From the NCBI GenBank assembly GCA_000002445.1, contig CP000067.1, forward strand, positions 544,001 to 608,000: a stretch of 64,000 bases of DNA. Reading direction: 5' to 3'. Made by a program: the position numbers and the translations under genes. Under the pieces are notes generated by a model that worked only from the letters and a program-made list of their open reading frames with translations, did not search any database and had not been told where the DNA came from. This DNA comes from Trypanosoma brucei (lineage: Eukaryota). Below are positions 44,343 to 53,748 of this stretch, in pieces; positions within the stretch are counted from its first letter, which is position 1, and each line of letters begins with the position of its first letter.

Positions 44343-45934
44343 GACGATGCTGCAAGGGTTTTTGACTTAGTTTCTTGCAGTAAATATGCAGTGATTGGTA
44401 AAAGAAAAAAAAAAGATAAATGGACAACGGGTGGGTTGTTGGGGAGTTTTTTTTTTTTGAATTAATATTATTGATTTTTTTCCACTTCTTTTTTTTTTCG
44501 TGCTGTTTCCCGTTTTCTTTTTTTTTTTTTTACTTTGGTTAACTGAGATGGTAATTGCTTTTTCTTCATTTTTTTTTAATTTTTTTTTTTTCGCGTGTGT
44601 GTGTCTGAGTGGGTTTGTGTGGCCGTGTCTCTGCCTGTTTTTTGTTTGTTTGTTTTTTTTTTTTTTTTGGTGGTGGTGGTGGTGATGGTTTAAATGAAGT
44701 GATGATCAGAAGGTGAAGGAGAAAAGTGACAAAAATGGTATAATTAATTTTAAAAAAAAGAAAAGGAGAAAAAGAAAAATTGACAACGCGTGAGAATTTG
44801 ATTGTGTGCGGGTGGGAAAATTTTTTTTTTCCTTTCCTTCCTTTTTACATGATATCAACTTTGCATCTCCATTCATGATGCCAGACACAAGAACTTATGT
44901 ATGTATGAATTAAATAATTTATATTTATTTATCTCAACATTAAAATATACGAGTACGCACATGTGTGTATTCATGATTGGAGAAAATAGAAAGGAAAGGA
45001 GGAAGTGTTTGGTTGGGTGCAAATCTTCTTCTTTCTTTCTTTCTTTCTTCTTTGTTTTTTTATATTATTATTATTATTATTTTATTTATTACTTCATTCC
45101 ATTTCCCCATCCTGTGCTTTGCCCATCTGAAGCAAACAACTGATTATTTAAGTAAAATAATAATAATATTATTGTTATTATTGGTATTGGTATTGTATTA
45201 AGATGAATTCACGGATGGAGACAAAATGAAGAGGAAAGTCGATAAGCTTCCCAGTTTGTATGCGTATTTGTCTGTTTTCGTTTTTTTTGTTTTTTGTTTT
45301 GTTATTTAGAGTGGGGAGGAGGTTTGGACGAATGAAAAAAAAATAAATGCTCTCATGCTTGCTTATACGTTGCCGCGCCCGCGTTTGTGTCTCTTTAGTT
45401 CTTAATATATTTTATGTGCTGCATTCTCTTAAGTAGTAAAGGAGAAGAGGAAGGAAAATGAAGGAAAGAGAAGAAAAGTCAAGTAAATCTTAAATTTACA
45501 GGAAAAAGAGGGAATAGGAGAACACGATAGAGTGAATAAATAAATATATCAACGGAAACGAATACATATATATATATATATATATTACAAAAGAGTCCAA
45601 CTGGAAGGTAACACGGTTGCGCGCCTATTTTGCGGATCGGTAATATATATATATATATATATATGTTTATTTGTGGATTTTGTAATTCAGTTTCCTCCTT
45701 TCCTGTGATTGTGCAATTTGGATATTTGTATTATCCATATGTGTTTGTACATTTACGCGCCCTTGTGTAATAATAGTAATTACGGTAGTATTGAGCCCCC
45801 ACACCCACATGAAGCGGCACATATATTTATTTATTTATTTTGTTTATCCCGTAGCGCTTTCTTTCGTTTTTATCTATTTTATGTTTGTAGTGGTGGTAAC
45901 GTAAGTTATTGTCACCGCTTTCCTGTGCCGTCCC

Positions 45935-45984
45935 GTACTGTACTGTACTGTACTGTACTGTACTGTACTGTACTGTACTGTACT
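45935..45984. repeat. (TACTG)~10 pentanucleotide tandem repeat
   Basis: Direct reading: gtactgtactgtactg..., flanked by (AT)n and (CA)n runs. Confidence 0.95.
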
Positions 45985-45994
45985 AGGCCGTCTC

Positions 45995-46029
<35 letters not shown>

Positions 46030-47894
46030 TTATCTTGGAATATATTTCACACTACCAATTTCGCAGTGGCGCAATGGAAATAAGGAAAGAATTAGCGGTG
46101 TCAGTTCTATCGTCACTGTTTCAACATTTCATCACAGTCAGATGCGTCTGTGTGCAGTTTTCAATGTAGATATTTTAAGGAACAATCACCATAATAATTA
46201 AGGCGCTTTTGATGCATTAAACCGCAGAGTCACGCGGTGTCGCTCTTTTTTTTTTTTTTTGTTGTTGTTATTGTTGTGTTTGCCGAGTGTTTCACCTCTC
46301 AAATAAATTTAAAATTACACAAACGTATTTACGCATATTTATATGTGTGCGCTTTGTTTTTTGTTCCCGCATGTTGTACATACCTCCGCTTCCCTTTTGC
46401 GATTATTATTTCCATTTATTTGTGTATTAATAATATAATTAGTGTTTCGACACGTGCTTCTTTTTTTTTTTTTGCTTTCCGTTATTTTACATTATTATTG
46501 CCTCGTCAAGCGACCCGGATGGCGTTATCTGTTTTGTTGTATGTCTTCATCTATGTCTTGTCTGTTTTCTGATTATCTTAGTTTAGTTTAGTTTTTTTTT
46601 CCTGTTCATCTACTCGTCTTTCCTCTTATTTTTTCCTTCCAGCATTTGTTTAAATTATTGTTGTTTAGTATGTTTTTTTTTTCTTCTATTTTCGCTATTA
46701 CTTATCACCATTGGTTTTGGAGGCTCGTCAATTATTTATTTATTTATTTACTTTTCTGCTGTGCTATTTTATTGTTATTATTTTTTCGTTCTTCTAAATA
46801 ATTCCTTCGAAGGGGAGCGGAGAATAATGTGGGTGTCATCAGAGAATGGTGAAGGGGAACTCCACTCCTTTAAAAAAAAAAAAAGAAGAAAAGGAGAAAA
46901 AAACGGCAACACAAAACAACACATGTCGTGTTGAATTGTTTAGTTGTTTGAGTGCTTAAATTGTGGTTTCGCTGGAGCAGTGAAGAGAACAAGAAATATA
47001 TGAGCATAAATAAATAAATATATTTTTATCATGGAAGTGATGAATCATTGAGTGAAATGAGTGAGTTTTGTTTTAGTGTTGTGTTGTGTTGTGTTGTGTG
47101 CTTACCTTCTTGAGGACGCGTTTGGGAGGATTATGTTGTGAGCGGAGTTACCACTCAACTTGGAGTGGAGGTGCACATTATTAATATTATTATTTTAGTA
47201 TCTGCCTTTACATACGTGGTTCTGTGGGCGTAAATATAAATATACATGTGTGACTCAGTACAAAATGTAGGAGGCAAGTTATAAGCAGCGGGAGTGCTTG
47301 TCCATGTAACCGGCCTGTGTAACGCAGCAGTTTTCTTTTCTTTTCTTTTTTTCCTTTTCCTCTTGCTCGTCTCGTTGCAAAGAGAAATTGAAAACAAAAA
47401 AAAAAAAGAAAAATAGGAGAGCAGAAAAAAAAAAACAACAAAATTGACTTCACTGGAATGGGAATTCGTTCATTACCTTTTCATTTCATTCGTACTTCTC
47501 TTTTTTTTTTTTTGACTCCCGCGTTTCTTTCTTACCTTCCACTACTCATTCAAGGTAATTGATGTTTTACTTTCTTCTTTTTCTTTTTGTTTTTTTTTGT
47601 CAAAAATAAGTAAACCGGTCCGTGGTTTTTTTATATCTGTAGGTCGTTGATCGAAACAACCACCGCCGATCAGTTTCCGAAGTGAAGGGCGGTCTCCCCC
47701 TCCTCTTTTGGGCCCGACACGTGAATAGACAAACTCACATTCATATTTAAGGAGAACGAAAGGTGTGGCAAGAACCAACCAAACAAAACACAAGGATTAA
47801 ATAAAGGGAGAATAAAAAATAAAAAATACGGTATAGATCTTCTTCATAGAAACTATCGTCCCACTCTTCTTCCTACTGCTTACAGAAATCAAAA

Positions 47895-48842
47895 GTGTGC
47901 GACATGGACGAATACGGTGATTTTGACAATAGAGACACATATGATACGGATGAGGCGGCCTTCCTCACGTCCCGCCTTGCAATGCGTGCTGAGGAAGTGG
48001 AAGCGAATGTGAGCGGCTCGCAGTTTCTTAACTCACCTCGCAATGGCAGCACTTTAGACGCAGAAGAGGACGAGGAGGCCAATTTTACACCAAATGTGTT
48101 GGGAGGTCCAACGAATGACACGCCATTATTTTACGGGGAGGAACTTGACTCGTTGATACAGTCACAAGAGCGAAATGTGGCTGGAAACGTCACGACTCAA
48201 AACATAGATGCCAGTGAGGGGGATGCGCTGCACATTGACGAGCATGAAGAAAATGATGACATCGACAATAATGACGTTGATGACGACGACGAAGGTGATG
48301 ATGATGATGATGATAATAATAATAATAATTTTCTAATTGATAACTACGAACCCCCGGAGCACACGGATATGGCGAGTGGCGGTTCCGGTTGTGAGGGAGG
48401 GGGCGACCGTACGCCGTTCGCCCTTTCCCGTGTGAGGGAGCTACTAAAATTTCATAGCAATTCGACTATTGTTTCCAAGGATGCGGTTACTACGGCATCG
48501 GAGGCTGTGGTACTCATTTTACAGGATTTGACACGAATGGCTGCGGCACAGGCGGAGCGGAACAACCGCAAAACTGTGAGATATTCCGACGTGGCGACTG
48601 TGGTGCAGCACTATGACCGGTTTTCCTTCCTTTTAGATATCCTACCACCAGTACCTGAGGTTAAGAAGCACTCATCTAAGCCAGTGCAGAGGCAAACTGC
48701 TATCGTACCGACAGGTTCAAAGGTTGGCCAAACACCGCGGAGTTCTCAGAAGCAACAGCAGCTGCAGCAGACGGGCACCCAGCGGGGCAGCCACATGCGA
48801 CAGGCCAAACTTAGTTTCGGCAATGCGGCCGACTGCATATAA
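47895..48842 (+). CDS. Histone-fold protein, H2A-like POLE4/CHRAC-16/DRAP1 family, with long acidic N-terminal extension
   Basis: The C-terminal half RTPFALSRVRELLKFHSNSTIVSKDAVTTASEAVVLILQDLTRMAAAQAERNNRKTVRYSDVATVVQHYDRFSFLLDIL aligns in order with the POLE4-type histone fold (RLPLARVK...RKTLQRRDL...DEFAFLEG). The N-terminal half is D/E/N-rich. Confidence 0.55.
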   Translation: MCDMDEYGDFDNRDTYDTDEAAFLTSRLAMRAEEVEANVSGSQFLNSPRNGSTLDAEEDEEANFTPNVLGGPTNDTPLFYGEELDSLIQSQERNVAGNVTTQNIDASEGDALHIDEHEENDDIDNNDVDDDDEGDDDDDDNNNNNFLIDNYEPPEHTDMASGGSGCEGGGDRTPFALSRVRELLKFHSNSTIVSKDAVTTASEAVVLILQDLTRMAAAQAERNNRKTVRYSDVATVVQHYDRFSFLLDILPPVPEVKKHSSKPVQRQTAIVPTGSKVGQTPRSSQKQQQLQQTGTQRGSHMRQAKLSFGNAADCI

Positions 48843-49226
48843 GTCCACGTGGTACCGCTCACTACTGTGCAGCGGCACCGTTGAATGTGGCGTGAGCGAC
48901 ACGATGCCAGTTTTTTGACATTTAGGTTCGTGTACATGCTAATGAGGAGGTGTACTTTTTGTTTGGTCTCCTTACGTCTACACAAGCTATTACCCCCCCC
49001 CTTCTCTCTCTCTCTCCACCGTGTGAGTATCGTTAAATGCCTTGTAGTTGACTTATACCTATGGCATTGTGTTGTGGGAAGAGAGACACTAAACTGCTTT
49101 TCCCTTCCCTTGTTTTCGCTGTGTCTTTGTTGTTGTACTGCCTTCGCTTCCTAACAAGTATGCTTCTGTGTTACTTGTTTCATTCTCTTGTACTTGTTTG
49201 CACTACAACGACTCTAGTGTGGTAGT

Positions 49227-50438
49227 TTGTTGGCTATATTTACTGCTGCAAGGGAAGGTAAAACTACAGGTAAGAAACTGGCCGAAGATATGTTGCCTCA
49301 TTCGGTGCCCACGTCGCCTCATCAGGAACGTGACCGGCCCTTAGAGCAGATGACGGATGAGGAGTTACGACGTGAGTTGGTGATGCTCATTCGTACGAAT
49401 GCCATTCTCGCTGAAGAGTCTGCAGGCCTCCAAGCAGATATTAGTGCCCTCTGTGAGGAGTCTGTGAGGTTTCAACAGAGTACAGAAATTGAAGAAGACA
49501 AGGTGACAAATCAGTTGTTGCGGCGCCTTCAGAGCGAGGAGGTGCAGAAACACCGCTTCCACCACCAGATCCTCTGTGAGGAAAAGGCGCGACGAAAGAT
49601 CATGGATCAAATCACACAGGTCCGGCAGCAGATGGAGCTAGAGAAACAGCTTGAACAAGAACAGGAAGTGCAGCGGATGGAACTTCAGCGAAAGCTGATC
49701 GATGTGGTGAATAAAAAGATTGAGGTGGAGCGACAGCTGCTGGAAGAACGTCGTGTCCAACTTGAGGCACTAACGACAAAACTAGCTTCCATAAAGGAAG
49801 GATCATTGGCGGCAAAGTCGAAGGTCGACGGGGCTGTTGGTTCTCGAGGAACTCAGGGGCCAAGCGCATCTTCACAGCAGTGTCAGTCGGGAACAGCAAA
49901 TATGACGCATGAATCGCCTGCTGCTGCTGCTGCTGCTGCTGTCGCAGCATCCTCTCAGCCTCCACCCGTGAAAACAGAGACGGTACCGTCATCGGTAGAC
50001 TTGCCTGCTTCCGACGTTGCGGGCGATGACACGCATGGCACCATCATTAGGTTAGAGGAGCAGTTGAACCGACTCTTAGAACAACATGCCGCCGCAACAC
50101 AGGCAAGTGCAACCAACGAGAGTCTGTGCACAGAGTTGGGTAGGAACCTAGAAACTATTCAGCAAGCAGCTTCGGTTGATAGAGCTCGTACGCTGAAGTT
50201 AAAGGAAGAGCTGCAGGAAACCAAGCGAAGAGTGGCCGTACTGGAGCAGCGCGCTGCCGTTGGCACGGCGTATGCCGCATCCGATGATAGTTCTGATTTG
50301 CCTACGCCATCGGTCTCCTCCTTGTACGATGACAAGAGACGGGAATCGCTCCTCAATTGCCACCAGCGGTACCCAAGCAGTTGTGTACCACCATCATGCT
50401 CCGCTTCTGAAGCCGGTGAAGATACACGATCCGTCTAA
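49227..50438 (+). CDS. Coiled-coil protein, unknown function
   Basis: 403-aa ORF with strong heptad-type E/Q/R/L/K content in residues about 40-190 and a (GCT)8 poly-Ala tract. The start could be the downstream MLPHSVPTS. Confidence 0.5.
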   Translation: MLAIFTAAREGKTTGKKLAEDMLPHSVPTSPHQERDRPLEQMTDEELRRELVMLIRTNAILAEESAGLQADISALCEESVRFQQSTEIEEDKVTNQLLRRLQSEEVQKHRFHHQILCEEKARRKIMDQITQVRQQMELEKQLEQEQEVQRMELQRKLIDVVNKKIEVERQLLEERRVQLEALTTKLASIKEGSLAAKSKVDGAVGSRGTQGPSASSQQCQSGTANMTHESPAAAAAAAVAASSQPPPVKTETVPSSVDLPASDVAGDDTHGTIIRLEEQLNRLLEQHAAATQASATNESLCTELGRNLETIQQAASVDRARTLKLKEELQETKRRVAVLEQRAAVGTAYAASDDSSDLPTPSVSSLYDDKRRESLLNCHQRYPSSCVPPSCSASEAGEDTRSV

Positions 50439-51169
50439 GCAGCTGACAATACCAATGCATGGGAACAACTCGGCGTCTAGGGAAGTGGAGAATTAGTCAC
50501 GTGATGTTACAAAGTAGTGGGAATGGGTATATTCGGTTTTTGAGTTTTTTTTTTGGGGGGGGGGAAACATCTTAGAAGGAATTTGGGGATCAGGGAGACA
50601 GAGTTGTGTGTGTGTAAATTCTGTGGTTGGTCCGGCAAGAAGAAAGTAACCGGAGTGATATCGGCGGGCGCTCGTCTGTGGGCACGGGTGGTTACTGCAC
50701 TTTTTTTTTTTTGGCCGTTGAGTTTTCAGTCGATTCTACCTTACTGCGCTGAAGTCCTTCGACTTAACTCTCACCTCATTTCTTTCGATCGTTCTTTTAC
50801 TTTATTCTCTCTATTTTGTTTTTTACCACAGCGATGCAGAAAAAAGGCACTTTTCAACCTGTCCTATTTCCTCCCGTCCCCATTACTCCTCCGGCTGTGA
50901 CGGTGCACTTCCCCTATTTTCTTATTCCCTCTTTGTTGTTTTTGGTTTTTTTTTTCCGCGTTTCCCCTTATGTTTCCCTTATATTTGAAACTACCAATTA
51001 TTTTCTTCATGGAAACGCAGGTACAAAAGAAAAATAGTTGTTCCTTGAGGGCGACGAGTGCTTATGTGGTGGAGCCAGTCCCCTTTCTTTACAAAATGAT
51101 GCGATCACCCTTGTAAATCCTTTTCCTCCACATGTTTGCGCTCCGTGCGTTGAGCTCGTTTTGCAAAAA

Positions 51170-51260
51170 TCGGTTCAGTTTTGTTTTATATCATTTTTCT
51201 CACCTTGCTATTTCCGTTTGTTTTTTTCCTTTCCACCTCCTACTTCCTAATGACCAGCGG
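51170..51260 (+). promoter_or_regulatory. Polypyrimidine tract + AG upstream of the MFS transporter gene (putative trans-splice acceptor)
   Basis: ttttgttttatatcatttttctcaccttgctatttccgtttgtttttttcctttccacctcctacttcc then ccAG, about 30 nt before ATG 51290. Confidence 0.4.
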
Positions 51261-51289
51261 GGTACCTCTAGTATCTTTGCTTACCCATT

Positions 51290-52948
51290 ATGATTGAGGG
51301 AAGCAGAAACTCAAGCGCCGTAAAGAAGCGGCTGGTCGCCAAACCGTTGGAGGAGTGTGCGCCGCTTAACTTGTTGGGTGCGGAAGATGTGATGGGAGCT
51401 CTTCACACTTCTTCAGTGTCATTCTTTACATGGGGAATTCTTCAGACCGTCATCGTGCACTGCTTCGCAGGTGCGCTCTTCGGTTATGGTATAGGTTTTG
51501 TAGGGCCGTACTACACACTTTACAAAATGGGAAGCGATTGTATGACAGTGACGACTCAATCCACCTGCCCGATGTTTATCCCAGAAAAGTGTACCTGGAA
51601 GGACAATGCATGTAAGTTTGTCGTTGACAACTGTAGCGGACAGTTAAAGGAGGCTTGTGGCGCCAGCAGTTCCTCAAGTGTTTCTCAAACGTGCTACTGG
51701 AACCACAAAACGAACGTGTGCCAGCCGATGGCTGGTTTTACAGCATTACAAAACGGTATCTTTGCTGGCGCGTTTATTTTTGGAGGCTGCATCGGGTCTC
51801 TCATATCCGCTCCTCTTCTCTCAGTGTCGGGACATCGAATAACCTTTCTTTTGTGTGGATTCGTTGGTACGGTAGGGGGTGCGCTGACACACTTTGCAAC
51901 TTATACGGATTCATACATGCTCTTGGTGGCGGGGCGCTTTCTTACTGGAGTTTCGGCCGGTGTACTTTGTGTGAGTTCTCCCGCGTATGTGGAGGAAACG
52001 GCACCAATACAACATCGGCAGCTCGTTGGAGTTTTCTTCCAGATTGCATGTACGTTCGGTATTCTCAGTGCTTCGGCCATGGGCTTAGGTCTTGCACAGC
52101 GAAGCTTCTCCACACAACACGACATGCAACAACGACAACAGATGTTTTGTTTGCCAGGAACAATCATCGCGCTGCTCATGATGTTTATTAGTGGACCCAT
52201 GAGGGAGAGCGTTGTGTGGATGGAACAGCGCCACCTTTCCAGGCCAGGGGAGCAGGACGATTTGGTCACCTTTGCTGAGGGCCGCGTTTCGTACGGAACA
52301 GTGATATCAAGTGATCCGAAGCCTGGATGGGGAGGTGTTAAGGGACAGCTGCTCACCGCTTTAGTTCTGTGCATTGCACAGCAACTTACTGGCATGAATG
52401 CCATTATGAACTACGCCCCCATTATCACGGACAGAATGGGCCTGGAGCCACTTTTTGGAAACTTCGTTGTTATGGCATGGAACTTCATTACGGTACTTAC
52501 TTCGATTCCAATATCCTCCAGGGCGCATGCGGACCGCGCTTACGTTGTGGCTCTGCTTTTGGCCTCCTTATCGTGCTTGCTGGTGGCCGTGGCGGTGCTA
52601 CCATTTTTTGGCTTTAGTAGCAATCTAAAAGTAAAACTGTCGGCTACCGGAATACTGCTTTTTATCACCTTCTTTGAGTTGGGAATGGGAAGTTTCTTTT
52701 GGACTCTCTCGCAGGGCATCTTCCCCCCAAACTTCCGTCACCGAGGATCAAGTTTTACGGTGCTTGTTCATTTTTTAATTAACATCGTTATTAACGTAGG
52801 GTTTCCCCTTGCGGTGGAGTGGCTCTCGGGTGGTCCCTCAGGAAACCAAGATGTTGGAATGGGCATTGCTTTCCTCTTTTTTGGTATTGTGGGTCTCCTG
52901 TCAACTGCCTACCTGCACAGGCATTTACGCTTATGGCAATCATCTTAG
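51290..52948 (+). CDS. MFS sugar (hexose) transporter-like permease
   Basis: 552 aa with about 12 predicted TM segments and sugar-porter-like motifs (GRFLTGVSAGV...; PAYVEETAP; QQLTGMNAIMNYAP). There is a Cys-rich (8 Cys) extracellular loop between TM1 and TM2, as in trypanosomatid hexose transporters. Confidence 0.7.
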   Translation: MIEGSRNSSAVKKRLVAKPLEECAPLNLLGAEDVMGALHTSSVSFFTWGILQTVIVHCFAGALFGYGIGFVGPYYTLYKMGSDCMTVTTQSTCPMFIPEKCTWKDNACKFVVDNCSGQLKEACGASSSSSVSQTCYWNHKTNVCQPMAGFTALQNGIFAGAFIFGGCIGSLISAPLLSVSGHRITFLLCGFVGTVGGALTHFATYTDSYMLLVAGRFLTGVSAGVLCVSSPAYVEETAPIQHRQLVGVFFQIACTFGILSASAMGLGLAQRSFSTQHDMQQRQQMFCLPGTIIALLMMFISGPMRESVVWMEQRHLSRPGEQDDLVTFAEGRVSYGTVISSDPKPGWGGVKGQLLTALVLCIAQQLTGMNAIMNYAPIITDRMGLEPLFGNFVVMAWNFITVLTSIPISSRAHADRAYVVALLLASLSCLLVAVAVLPFFGFSSNLKVKLSATGILLFITFFELGMGSFFWTLSQGIFPPNFRHRGSSFTVLVHFLINIVINVGFPLAVEWLSGGPSGNQDVGMGIAFLFFGIVGLLSTAYLHRHLRLWQSS

Positions 52949-53000
52949 ACACCGAGTGGTGTGTACAGGCTGCTTTCTCTTTTCAGAGTAATGCAGCTGG

Positions 53001-53331
53001 CTCGTTCCTTTTTCATCCCTATCCTATCTGAGTTTTTTTTTCTTGATGGACTGTTATCCCTTCTTGTGCTGTGATATGTTGCGTGTCTCTCCGCGCTTTG
53101 TATTTGTATTCACGAGGTGGCACCCGCCTGCGTAAGTTTAGCCAATGATGGAATGGTGTTCGCGGTCTCAACAGTTGAGCACCTCCCCACACCTCAAATC
53201 CACCTCTTTTTTTTTTCCACTCTACCTCTTCCATCGTGTTGTGATGAACCGTTGTGCATTATGTATTTCATTTACGTGTGCTATGGAGAGGAAGTGTAGC
53301 TGCTTGTTGTGCGGTGGTTTTACTTCTTTAT
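53001..53331. repeat. Copy B of the ~331-bp dispersed intergenic repeat (near-identical to 36972-37303)
   Basis: Begins 53 nt after the MFS transporter stop codon and ends 418 nt before the next ATG. See copy A for the sequence comparison. Confidence 0.9.
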
Positions 53332-53748
53332 CTTTTGCTTTTTCGCTTCACCAAAAATGTTTACCCTGCCGGGGAGGGAGGAGAGGAGCTTACGATTTTT
53401 TACTGTACTGAAGATTGCATTTTCTTCTAGATACATTTCTGAGGCCGTTCCACACAAACACAGTATTACTGTCGAGAATTTGGATAGTTATTTTATTTCC
53501 TTGTTGTTTCGATTTTTCTTTTATTCATCCATGCCTCAGGCTCTGCGTGTTTATCATTCCATCTGTACGCGCATATCTGTGTTTTGGTTCGTTGGTTGGT
53601 GTGCAGCGAGGTGGATCATCCTTGATATACATACATATATATATATATTTATATATATATTTGTTTCACTCTCTCCTGTTAGGTAAAGCATCACGAGGAA
53701 GAGGGAAAGCAAGAGTAAAAGTAACTAATTGGCGCCCCAGAAGGGAAA

